Shown: positions 26,529 to 33,534 of the stretch, piece by piece
Layout of the letters: each line of letters starts with the position of its first letter
How positions within the stretch are numbered: position 1 is the stretch's first letter
Virus record (IMG/VR): IMGVR_UViG_3300032305_000087
Location: 1-33,705 of that record
Direction: 5' to 3' (one strand)
DNA length: 33,705 nucleotides
Origin: a virus
Taxonomy: Duplodnaviria > Caudoviricetes
Program-made: the position numbers and the translations under genes
The notes under the pieces: generated by a model
What the model was told of the DNA's origin: nothing
Seen by the model: only the letters and a program-made list of their open reading frames with translations
Database searches by the model: none

Positions 26529-27019
26529 TCAACTCTGGCAAAAACACCATGTAAACGGGCGCGTTTTTGCAACATTATTTCTTTGGCTTTTTTAATGTTG
26601 TCAAAAAATCCTACGTGAAATTCTTTGCCATCCGCATGAATGCGTGCACGCCATTTTTGCTTTTGCTTGCACCAAACAACACCTTTAACGCCTGACGTAT
26701 TTAATTTTGAAGTGCGGCTGTTTTGACTATTTTGTGAGTGAAAACATTCTCGCAAATTCTCAACGCGGTTGTCAAAAGAATTGTTATTGGCGTGGTCTAT
26801 GATATGTTCAGACGGCCCGTAGTGATACGCCCAGATAAGCCGGTGCGTTCTATAAAGTACGTAGTTTATGCAAATTTGATGGTAATGATGTGATGCAGTA
26901 CCAGCCAATGTTCCAGCCAAACGGCGACCTTTGCGTTCTCTCCAATACAAATTGCCATCGGCGTATGTAAACAAAGATTGCAATTGCTCTTTTGTAAAAT
27001 GGCTATCAGTTTTGTACAT
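26525..27019 (-). CDS. HNH homing endonuclease with AP2-like domain
   Basis: THRLIW, IDHANNNSFDNRVENLR, NTSGVKGV.W, HVGFFD; GAGG RBS before ATG 27019; AT-rich. Confidence 0.88.
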   Translation of the reverse strand: MYKTDSHFTKEQLQSLFTYADGNLYWRERKGRRLAGTLAGTASHHYHQICINYVLYRTHRLIWAYHYGPSEHIIDHANNNSFDNRVENLRECFHSQNSQNSRTSKLNTSGVKGVVWCKQKQKWRARIHADGKEFHVGFFDNIKKAKEIMLQKRARLHGVFARVD

Positions 27020-27042
27020 AAAAATCCTCATCATGTACAAGC

Positions 27043-27051
27043 ATTATACCA
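27043..27051 (-). promoter_or_regulatory. Extended -10 promoter (TGGTATAAT) for the HNH gene
   Basis: Minus strand reads TGG-TATAAT just upstream of the HNH RBS. Confidence 0.5.
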
Positions 27052-27052
27052 G

Positions 27053-27217
27053 TCAGGAACTTTCTGCCTTTCGCATAAGTTTGCGGTAGGCAGCAATAGC
27101 GTCTTTCAGGTCGCACTGAAGCTGTTCAATCCGGTCATTCTGCTGGATCATCTTTTCGTTTGCTTGCTGCGCAAACTCCGCTAGGCTTTCTTGCGACCAC
27201 GTTCTGAAGTTTGACAT
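27053..27217 (-). CDS. Small coiled-coil hypothetical protein
   Basis: MSNFRTWSQESLAEFA...IEQLQCDLKDAIAAYR, GGAAG upstream. Confidence 0.65.
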   Translation of the reverse strand: MSNFRTWSQESLAEFAQQANEKMIQQNDRIEQLQCDLKDAIAAYRKLMRKAESS

Positions 27218-27332
27218 GTTCTTCCGTTGTGAATTTGTGTCCATTGCCGCACTGTCGGCGGCGTAGTGTAAAGCCGTCTTTGGCTCTTGTGTCTTCCACA
27301 GTGCTCCAAACTTTACAAATTGGGCAATTCAA
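27135..27332 (-). CDS. NrdR-like N-terminal zinc ribbon protein
   Basis: CPIC...V.DTR....RRRQC..GHKFTTEE; no ATP-cone domain. Confidence 0.7.
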   Translation of the reverse strand: MNCPICKVWSTVEDTRAKDGFTLRRRQCGNGHKFTTEEHVKLQNVVARKPSGVCAASKRKDDPAE

Positions 27333-27496
27333 GCGTTTTTCTCCCGTAGCTTGTCTTCAATGGCTCGGGCAATCTTATGCAAGCCCCAGCATTCCTCTGA
27401 TGGGTCACAGGCATTAATTTCCTCATCCGTCAGCCCTACCCAAGGTTTCTTGTAGACCTGTGTATCGTCATCATCATCATTGTCAATTGGGTTCAT
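27329..27496 (-). CDS. Hypothetical protein
   Basis: WVGLTDEEI...ARAIEDKLREKN motif common in phage early genes; ATGA-coupled. Confidence 0.7.
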   Translation of the reverse strand: MNPIDNDDDDDTQVYKKPWVGLTDEEINACDPSEECWGLHKIARAIEDKLREKNA

Positions 27497-27705
27497 ATCA
27501 GCAAACTCCATATCCAAAGGCCAGTAAAGAACAGCAGCAGAACGACCACCATCAGCGCCACCAGCACAAAGCCAACGACAACGCTGCACACTGTAAGCCA
27601 CACTTCTGACACCGGCTCAATGTCGGCAGGGACGGCAGGGTACGGCTTGACCTTGCGAACAGGGCAGTCTAGTCCTTGGTGGCAAGGCCCATCACAGCAG
27701 TTCAT
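27493..27705 (-). CDS. Small membrane protein with Cys-rich N-terminus
   Basis: CCDGPCHQGLDCPVR followed by a long hydrophobic helix. Confidence 0.65.
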   Translation of the reverse strand: MNCCDGPCHQGLDCPVRKVKPYPAVPADIEPVSEVWLTVCSVVVGFVLVALMVVVLLLFFTGLWIWSLLI

Positions 27706-27938
27706 GCTCGCCTCGCTTTCAGCATGGCTCTTGCCAGTGCGTATGCTTGTTCAGCAACTTCATCCGTTGTGCTGCCTGAAGACAGATTTTTAAACACAAC
27801 ACCAGAGCTGATAAAGGATGCCGCAAAGTAATCAAGCAGGGTCATGCCGTCAACCGGCTCAAATTCCTGTGTTGCATAACCAGCCCTTTGAATGCGTTTT
27901 TTTGATGGAAACGCTGGCCCACTTGTATCTGTAGTCAT
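27702..27938 (-). CDS. Hypothetical phage protein
   Basis: GPAFP...GMTLLDYFAA...AYALARAMLKAR, a widespread small phage family. Confidence 0.75.
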   Translation of the reverse strand: MTTDTSGPAFPSKKRIQRAGYATQEFEPVDGMTLLDYFAASFISSGVVFKNLSSGSTTDEVAEQAYALARAMLKARRA

Positions 27939-28120
27939 GCTGCCTCCGTATAGGCTTTAAGGCGCTTGATCCGGTTGCGGTTGTAGGCCACCAGCGCTTG
28001 CGCGTATTCCACGCCAGTTTCAGCCCTGAGCAAAGCAAACTCTGCCTCTTTAAGCTCCAGCGCTACAGCTTGGGCAGGGGTAAGCACCCTAAAAACTTCA
28101 AGCAATTTAGGCAATTTCAT
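27935..28120 (-). CDS. Hypothetical protein
   Basis: ATGA-coupled; helical with ELKEAEFALL.AE.G.EYA. Confidence 0.65.
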   Translation of the reverse strand: MKLPKLLEVFRVLTPAQAVALELKEAEFALLRAETGVEYAQALVAYNRNRIKRLKAYTEAA

Positions 28121-28428
28121 AGTGTCCACTCTCTTTCTTGGCGATTGGAGTTTGACTTTACTGTCTTGCCGGTCAGACGGATCAGGCCAAGTTTCTGCAT
28201 TTCGTTCAAGCGCCTAGCAATCTGGTTAGGGTCAAGCCGTGAGTAAAACGAGATGCCATCTTTGCCCAGCGGCCCGATTGTGCTTAGTGCTTCCAAGATT
28301 TGAGCGTAGTGGGAGCTGACATCTGTGATGGATTCCGCTGCTGCATGTGATGTTGCTGGGTCACTATTACGCACCCGTGGAAATTCCGGTAATGGGAAAA
28401 TCTTTTTGAAAACGTCTTTGTAGTCCAT
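28117..28428 (-). CDS. Winged-HTH DNA-binding protein
   Basis: RNSDPATSHAAA motif, QIARRLNEM..LGLI, REW; AAGG RBS before ATG 28428. Confidence 0.65.
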   Translation of the reverse strand: MDYKDVFKKIFPLPEFPRVRNSDPATSHAAAESITDVSSHYAQILEALSTIGPLGKDGISFYSRLDPNQIARRLNEMQKLGLIRLTGKTVKSNSNRQEREWTL

Positions 28429-28438
28429 GATGTGCCTT

Positions 28439-28493
28439 AAAAAAAGAAGGGGACTTACGCGCCAGGCAACTGCGGGAAGCACAGCTCTGCCCC
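28439..28493 (-). terminator. Structured terminator-like element downstream of the SSB-like gene
   Basis: Minus strand GGGGC...GTCCC outer stem with an inner GCTGTG/CGCAGT hairpin, followed by TTCTTTTTTT. Confidence 0.5.
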
Positions 28494-28500
28494 AAAAATA

Positions 28501-28803
28501 TCAAAAAGGATAATCGTCTTTCATGTCATCAAACCCGCTGTTTTGGGCGGTTGACTGCGCGGGGGGGGTGCGCTGCTCGCGGTCAAAGCGGGGTTGAGGC
28601 GGGGCAATGTAAGCCTCTGGTTCAAATGGGCGCTGTTCAAAGCAATGAAACCAGCCTTCAAAGTTTTTGCTCACGGGTTGACTTTCCATTTTTATCTTAA
28701 TCCTATCTCCGTCAATCCACAAAGTGCCGTGCGTAGTCCAAAATGTTTTTTTCTCGCCCTGCATTTCGTATTCACGGGCGGCATATTTAATGTCGTATTT
28801 CAT
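28501..28803 (-). CDS. Single-stranded DNA-binding protein-like
   Basis: Short beta-rich core, flexible linker, acidic tip SGFDDMKDDYPF; follows the ERF and exonuclease genes. Confidence 0.6.
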   Translation of the reverse strand: MKYDIKYAAREYEMQGEKKTFWTTHGTLWIDGDRIKIKMESQPVSKNFEGWFHCFEQRPFEPEAYIAPPQPRFDREQRTPPAQSTAQNSGFDDMKDDYPF

Positions 28804-29405
28804 AATTTTTCAAGTTCCTTAATTAGGCTTTCCATCTTGCCAAGAAATTTAACCACTTCAGTTTCCAGCCCTGCCACATAGACAGGATCGTAGACCTCGC
28901 GCACAACAAACATTTGCAGTCGCTCTGGCAGTCGCGGGTCATAGCTGACAAAATCGCACCAGTGCCGCCTAGTGCAAGCCATCTGCCACTGGACTTGTGG
29001 CCGGTGCTTTGTCGGCATCTTTTTGCCCAGCAGGGTATCCAAATGGGTGGCAGTGTTGGGACACTTGATCTCAATCAAGCCAGAGTCGCCTACCAAGCCA
29101 TCAGGAGACGCACCAGACTGCTCAATTGACGGATGGGTGACAAAGCCTTCAGCTTTCACCAAAACGCCTTGTGCGGCCTCATACGCAGACAACGCCATTG
29201 GCTCAGTGTCTGTGCCGTGCTGCATTGCAGCATTGCTGTACGACTCGGCAGCAGCGCCGGTCAGTCTTTCGCAGATCAGCAGCGCCATGTAGTTGGCACG
29301 GCTGGCTGAATAGCCTGACTGAGTTTTGCCAATGATGTCGCTGATGCGGCTGGCGGTTACCTTGCCCAGACGGGCGGCAAACCATTCGGGTGTGCGCTGA
29401 TCCAT
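28800..29405 (-). CDS. YqaJ / lambda-type exonuclease
   Basis: QRTPEWFAARLGKVTAS, GASPDGLV, IEIKCP, QVQWQM, CDFVSYDPR. Confidence 0.92.
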   Translation of the reverse strand: MDQRTPEWFAARLGKVTASRISDIIGKTQSGYSASRANYMALLICERLTGAAAESYSNAAMQHGTDTEPMALSAYEAAQGVLVKAEGFVTHPSIEQSGASPDGLVGDSGLIEIKCPNTATHLDTLLGKKMPTKHRPQVQWQMACTRRHWCDFVSYDPRLPERLQMFVVREVYDPVYVAGLETEVVKFLGKMESLIKELEKL

Positions 29406-29974
29406 TAGACTGCTCCCAATTTCTTTTTCATGGCATCCTTGGCCCGAATGATTGTGTTCTGCCAGGCTTCATCACCCTTGCAGGCGGCGTAGCCTTCTTT
29501 AAAAGCCTTGATTAACGCTGGCTCATCAGCGGCTGCATTGATGGCGCTGAGATGGTCTGTCAGCCCGTCCACTGTCCTGATCTCGGTGCGGCGGCTACCG
29601 GCATTGCCATCATCATCCTCGGGTGCGATGCCGCAAGCTGCCATGAGGCTGTAGCGCCTTGCGTATGTAAGTGCGCTGCCGTAGCCCTGTGGGTCTTGCT
29701 TGCTTGCTGGCACATGGAGAATGCCGCACTCCAGCGTTTCGCCAGATTCGTGAACAAAGACTGTTTCCACCATCACCCCGTTGTCGCAGTCGTAGCATTT
29801 CTGAATCAAGGCTATGCCAGCGGCGTTTAGGCTGCTCATGACGGCATCAACGCAAGCGGCAAGGTCTGCGTACTTGCTACGGAAGTGCGGGTTTGTGGCG
29901 CTTTTGAGGGCTGGGCCAAAAGCCTTTTGTGCCTGTACTAAGGCGGTTGCAATGTTTTTCATGGTTTCTTTCAA
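29405..29974 (-). CDS. erf: ERF-family ssDNA annealing protein
   Basis: NPHFRSKYADL, PQGYGSALTYARRYSL..ACGI..EDDDGN; start may be ATG 29962. Confidence 0.92.
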   Translation of the reverse strand: MKETMKNIATALVQAQKAFGPALKSATNPHFRSKYADLAACVDAVMSSLNAAGIALIQKCYDCDNGVMVETVFVHESGETLECGILHVPASKQDPQGYGSALTYARRYSLMAACGIAPEDDDGNAGSRRTEIRTVDGLTDHLSAINAAADEPALIKAFKEGYAACKGDEAWQNTIIRAKDAMKKKLGAV

Positions 29975-30165
29975 GTTAATTCACGTTGTAGGTGCTGCAA
30001 TTCTTCAGTGGCGATCTGGAGATGGTGGCGCTGGTCTTCTATGACTTGGCACAGCTCATGTACGCTATGCCGTAGAAAGCCCACTTGGTAAGCGCACCGG
30101 ACAAGCGGGTCAGCGCTGCACTTGCTGCCGGTTTCAGCGGCTTGAATGATCTGCTCGGCATTCAT
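29971..30165 (-). CDS. Hypothetical protein
   Basis: ATG 30165 is ATGA-coupled to the 28-aa upstream ORF. Confidence 0.6.
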   Translation of the reverse strand: MNAEQIIQAAETGSKCSADPLVRCAYQVGFLRHSVHELCQVIEDQRHHLQIATEELQHLQRELT

Positions 30166-30248
30166 GCTGACCACCAGACAACAAGGGAAAGGGCAAGGCC
30201 AAAGCCAATTGCTGTGGCAAGTAAAAGATCAAGGGCAAGATTTTTCAT
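30162..30248 (-). CDS. 28-aa single-TM peptide (below the ORF track cutoff)
   Basis: MKNLALDLLLATAIGFGLALSLVVWWSA; GGAGGA RBS; ATGA overlaps at both ends. Confidence 0.65.
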   Translation of the reverse strand: MKNLALDLLLATAIGFGLALSLVVWWSA

Positions 30249-30460
30249 CTGTCCTCCGCAATAGACTTTTCAATCTGCTGGATGATCGAAGGGTTGATGA
30301 TGTCCATGAAGTCTTTGTGTGACCCGTCTACATGCAGGGCGTAGACTGTGACAATGACCGGCCAGCCTGGGCTTAGGTCGGTTGCTGTCTCGGCTGGCTC
30401 TAGGTCGGCTAGGCCGGTGTATCGAAACCCGTCAAGAATTTCGTCAAAGTGAATGTTCAT
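30245..30460 (-). CDS. First leftward early gene, hypothetical
   Basis: GGAG RBS before ATG 30460. Confidence 0.65.
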   Translation of the reverse strand: MNIHFDEILDGFRYTGLADLEPAETATDLSPGWPVIVTVYALHVDGSHKDFMDIINPSIIQQIEKSIAEDR

Positions 30461-30469
30461 ACTTGCTCC

Positions 30470-30493
30470 AAAAAGACCCACCGAAGTAGTGGG
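30470..30493 (-). terminator. Leader hairpin plus U-tract (attenuator-like) in the leftward transcript
   Basis: Minus strand CCCAC-TACTTCG-GTGGG-TC-TTTTT immediately before the RBS. Confidence 0.45.
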
Positions 30494-30503
30494 ATTGCTA
30501 TGG

Positions 30504-30531
30504 ATTGTATAGATAAATTAACAGATGTAAA
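30504..30531 (-). promoter_or_regulatory. Leftward sigma70-type promoter
   Basis: Minus strand TTTACA-16 nt-TACAAT. Confidence 0.55.
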
Positions 30532-30561
30532 GTCTTTTGCCACAAATATTTTTATAGGCTT

Positions 30562-30586
30562 GGCAATTCCTATAGGCATTGCCTAT
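30562..30586. promoter_or_regulatory. Overlapping palindromes, candidate operators
   Basis: GGCAATTCCTATAGGCATTGCC (30562-30583, one mismatched pair) and ATAGGCA-T-TGCCTAT (30572-30586, perfect). Confidence 0.6.
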
Positions 30587-30613
30587 TGCACATTGCTTAG
30601 AAATCTATACAAT
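30586..30613 (+). promoter_or_regulatory. Rightward sigma70-type promoter, probably giving a leaderless cro mRNA
   Basis: TTGCAC-16 nt-TACAAT, with ATG 30621 seven nt after the -10 box and no RBS. Confidence 0.55.
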
Positions 30614-30620
30614 TAGCGGG

Positions 30621-30800
30621 ATGAAATTAATCACTGAACAACAACAGGCGGCGCTGCACAACGCCATTGCCAAAGCTGGCAGCAAGGCAAAGCTGGCGCG
30701 GCTACTAGGGGTGTCTAGGGCTGCTGTGACGCATTGGAAGAAGCTGCCCAATGGCAGGCTCTACCAGCTACAGGTCATGCAGCCGGAGTGGTTTAAATGA
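30621..30800 (+). CDS. cro: Cro-like HTH transcriptional regulator
   Basis: AIAKAGSKAKLARLLGVSRAAVTHW..LP..R.YQL; first rightward gene of the divergent region. Confidence 0.85.
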   Translation: MKLITEQQQAALHNAIAKAGSKAKLARLLGVSRAAVTHWKKLPNGRLYQLQVMQPEWFK

Positions 30801-31612
30801 ATTTGCTACTTGACAACTCTATTGCTTGGCAAAAGCAAATCAGAGAAAAAAGGCGGCAAGAAAATGCCGATGCTGATCTTTTGGGCAATTGGTGGCAAGA
30901 AATTGATGTTGACATAAAAAAAGCTGAAGTTCGTCAAGTTTCATATCAAATGGCTGAAAAAATCATAAAAGATTACGAATGGCTTGGTTGTATGCCAGCA
31001 GTGGTTTGGTATTGTTACGGCATTTTTTTTGAAAATTATTGTGCTGGTGTTGTTTGCTATGGGCCTGAATATTCTGAAAATCTTGGAAAAATTACGCGAG
31101 AAAAAGGTTTGGCTGGCGCAGATTGGAGTAAATACGGCTTTGAAGGGAAAATGATTTTGTTGAGCCGTGGCGCTTGTGTGCATTGGGCGCACCCTCATAG
31201 CGCTAGCAAACTTATTCGCCAAAGCATGAAGATGTTGCCGGAAAAGTTTGAAGTGGTTACGTCAACCATTGATGAGTCGGCGGGTGAATTTGGCACTATT
31301 TACCAAGCCTGTGGCTTTCACTATGTTGGTTCAATGCGTGATGGAAACCCAAATGTTAAAAGCCGAAAATTAGATCGGGATGGTTGGCTTATCAATGGAA
31401 AAATTTGGACATCAAGAAGCATCAGGGCAATTTGCGGCAACACTCAATTTGAAAACATTCAAAAACATTTTCCTTCTGTTCAAAAAATAAAACAGCACAG
31501 TAAAGGAAGATATTTTGTATTTAGAGGTGGTAAAAACACACAAACAACACATTTAAAAGCAATTAGTCATTTATTGAAACCTTATCCAAAAAGAAATTTG
31601 GAAGTTACATGA
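30797..31612 (+). CDS. Mom-like GNAT-fold DNA modification protein
   Basis: GVVCYG, LLSRG, SASKLIRQS, STIDESAGEFGTIYQACGFHYVG match the Mom-family pattern; AT-rich insert. Confidence 0.65.
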   Translation: MNLLLDNSIAWQKQIREKRRQENADADLLGNWWQEIDVDIKKAEVRQVSYQMAEKIIKDYEWLGCMPAVVWYCYGIFFENYCAGVVCYGPEYSENLGKITREKGLAGADWSKYGFEGKMILLSRGACVHWAHPHSASKLIRQSMKMLPEKFEVVTSTIDESAGEFGTIYQACGFHYVGSMRDGNPNVKSRKLDRDGWLINGKIWTSRSIRAICGNTQFENIQKHFPSVQKIKQHSKGRYFVFRGGKNTQTTHLKAISHLLKPYPKRNLEVT

Positions 31613-31857
31613 ACCATTTCACTGCCACTCAGATTTTGGACAAGGCTCGGGAGGGTAAACGCTACCCTTTGCACATCATTAATCAGGCACTGGAGTTAAC
31701 AGGTGACATTGATGAACCACATGCTGCAATGCGAGGCGAGGGAATGGATCAAACGGCACAGGCAGAAGGCCAGAGAGTCGGGGGCAAACGCAGCCCATTT
31801 GTGGTGGCGCAAGGTGTCATACGACATAGCGCGGATTCGTGGGCAGTCGGCGTTTGA
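31609..31857 (+). CDS. Hypothetical protein
   Basis: ATGA-coupled; ILDKAREG..YP..IINQALELTGD; the 3' part overlaps the next ORF. Confidence 0.6.
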   Translation: MNHFTATQILDKAREGKRYPLHIINQALELTGDIDEPHAAMRGEGMDQTAQAEGQRVGGKRSPFVVAQGVIRHSADSWAVGV

Positions 31858-31891
31858 TGCGCTGCGTGACGAAATGAACAGGCAAAAGTGA
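31712..31891 (+). CDS. Hypothetical protein
   Basis: CEAREWI.R...IARIRG....ALRDEMNRQ; GTGA-coupled to the next gene. Confidence 0.6.
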   Translation: MNHMLQCEAREWIKRHRQKARESGANAAHLWWRKVSYDIARIRGQSAFDALRDEMNRQK

Positions 31892-32154
31892 GACACGCAG
31901 CTAGGGTTGACGCAAATCAAGAGGCTATTGTTGCTGCGCTACGCAATGCTGGCGCTTTTGTGTGGATCATTGGCCTGCCGGTTGACCTTCTTGTCGGCTA
32001 CCAGCACCAGACTTACTTGGTGGAGATCAAAACCACCTCTAAAAAGCGTTTAACGAAGTTACAGGCCGATTTCTTTTTAAGGTGGACGGGTGGTTTGCTG
32101 TACAGAATTGACAGCCCTGAAGCCGCCCTACGCATGATTGAGGAGATGGAATGA
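31888..32154 (+). CDS. VRR-NUC-like PD-(D/E)XK nuclease, candidate resolvase
   Basis: RVDANQ..IV.ALR..GA, PVDLLVGY, LVEIK, LTKLQ. Confidence 0.75.
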   Translation: MRHAARVDANQEAIVAALRNAGAFVWIIGLPVDLLVGYQHQTYLVEIKTTSKKRLTKLQADFFLRWTGGLLYRIDSPEAALRMIEEME

Positions 32155-32789
32155 GCTATATCGTGGCATCACTGCCGCCTGTTAAGTGTTTTGTTAAGCG
32201 TGAATTTTTGTACAACTTCACTAAGGGGCATGGCGAGTTAGAGCCTGCCGTTTGGGTTAGCTTAAAAGCCCTGCGAGGCCAGGTGTTCCGCATTGAGTCG
32301 CTGTTACCGGCCTATGGCGCTTTGTACGACAAGCTGCCCATTCATGCTTATGTTTGGCACAACGAAACATCAGTGCTGCCCAGCTTGCCAATTGACACGC
32401 TCCAATTGTGGGACTGCATGGGCTACAAGTTCACCATTTTGGAAAAGATTGGTCTACGCAATCTGGGCGTCAAGTTCTTGGGCAAAGATAAGAAGTGGCA
32501 CTTTGGGCAGTACATGTTTACAGTGGACTTCTGTGCTGACGGCATGGAAGTTGACACAGGCTTTACAGAGCAAGCTGAAGAACACAAGTCTTTCAATTGG
32601 ATCAAGCTGGACAACGGCCAATTTGCCTGCCAGCCTAACAACAGGTGTCTGTGGTACGACCAGAGCCTGATCCCTGCTGAGACAAAGTTTCCTGACTTTC
32701 AAGCTGCCAAACAGTTTTGGACTGTAGACGGCACACGCAAGTGGTCAGCCGGTGATGATTGGTTCTACACAATTGAGGAAAAGACTTGA
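32151..32789 (+). CDS. Hypothetical phage protein
   Basis: 212 aa, coupled on both sides; GALYDKLPIHA, QLWDC, YMFTVD, EHKS, GQFACQPNNR. Confidence 0.75.
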   Translation: MSYIVASLPPVKCFVKREFLYNFTKGHGELEPAVWVSLKALRGQVFRIESLLPAYGALYDKLPIHAYVWHNETSVLPSLPIDTLQLWDCMGYKFTILEKIGLRNLGVKFLGKDKKWHFGQYMFTVDFCADGMEVDTGFTEQAEEHKSFNWIKLDNGQFACQPNNRCLWYDQSLIPAETKFPDFQAAKQFWTVDGTRKWSAGDDWFYTIEEKT

Positions 32790-33115
32790 TTCCCGAAGAC
32801 GCAGCACAGTCAATCAGGGATCGAGCACCACTCTACGGCGAGGCCAAAGCCCAGCGGGTCTACCTTGAGGAGTTTCGCAAGTCTAAAAAGGCCATGCTGA
32901 TGAAAGACTCTTTAAAGTCGGGCGTAGAGGCTGCAAACGCACAGGAGCGTGAGGCTTATGCTGACCCTGAATATGTGCAGCTTATCAAAGGTTTGGCGCT
33001 GGCTGTAGAAAAGGAAGAAACCCTTAAATGGGAAATTGAGGCAGCAAGGCTTGACATAGAAATCTGGCGCAGCCGTGAGGCCACCAACAGGACACAGGAC
33101 GGGGCGCACAGGTGA
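32786..33115 (+). CDS. Hypothetical coiled-coil protein
   Basis: YLEEFRKSKKA, QEREAYADPEY, IEIWRS; TTG start after a GAGG RBS. Confidence 0.7.
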   Translation: MIPEDAAQSIRDRAPLYGEAKAQRVYLEEFRKSKKAMLMKDSLKSGVEAANAQEREAYADPEYVQLIKGLALAVEKEETLKWEIEAARLDIEIWRSREATNRTQDGAHR

Positions 33116-33423
33116 TAAAACACAAGTACATCAGAAGCAAGAAGCTGTTAAAGCTGGTGGCCGGTCTGGACTGCCAATCTTGCGGGTCTGGTGAGATGGT
33201 GCAAGCTGCCCACACCAATTGGGGCGGTCACAAGGGCAGGGGCATCAAGGCTGATGACAATTTGGTCGCTGCCCTGTGCCTTAGATGCCACTATGAGATC
33301 GACCAAGGATCAAAGTTAAGCAAAGAAGAAAGAATTGAGAAGTGGCAGAAAGCCCACGGCAAGACTGTAAATTCTTTGCGATCTGTTTGGCCTGTTGACA
33401 TTCCTTTACCGGCTGATCTATAA
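33112..33423 (+). CDS. Zn-binding HNH-like nuclease (DUF968/DUF1364-like)
   Basis: CQSCG, QAAH, GRGIKADD, LCLRCHYEID. Confidence 0.7.
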   Translation: MIKHKYIRSKKLLKLVAGLDCQSCGSGEMVQAAHTNWGGHKGRGIKADDNLVAALCLRCHYEIDQGSKLSKEERIEKWQKAHGKTVNSLRSVWPVDIPLPADL

Positions 33424-33424
33424 T
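33395..33424 (+). promoter_or_regulatory. Consensus sigma70 promoter
   Basis: TTGACA (33395-33400), 18 nt, TATAAT (33419-33424). Confidence 0.75.
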
Positions 33425-33459
33425 TTGCTTGTCAAGTGCCGACACACAAGACAGACATG

Positions 33460-33534
33460 AGGCCATTTTCTCATGCGTTACCCTTTAGAGGGGACTGATG
33501 TGTCGGCATCAGAACGCAGTAGAAAGTGGCTTTT
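33460..33534 (+). ncRNA. C4 / P4 CI-like antisense RNA (three-way junction) with complementary sites upstream and downstream
   Basis: Stems GCCATTTTCT/AGAAAGTGGC, TGCGTT/AACGCA, CCCT/AGGG and CTGATG/CATCAG; TGTGTCGGCA (33499-33508) is complementary to TGCCGACACA (33437-33446); AGTGCCGA recurs at 33543-33550. Confidence 0.65.

Noticed and set aside
28561-28568. G8 homopolymer in the SSB-like gene as a phase-variation tract
   Set aside because: Short, encodes a Pro-rich linker, and the frame is intact through to the acidic tail
30579-30620. Upstream TTG start for cro
   Set aside because: It overlaps the predicted promoter and operator; ATG 30621 gives a normal Cro length
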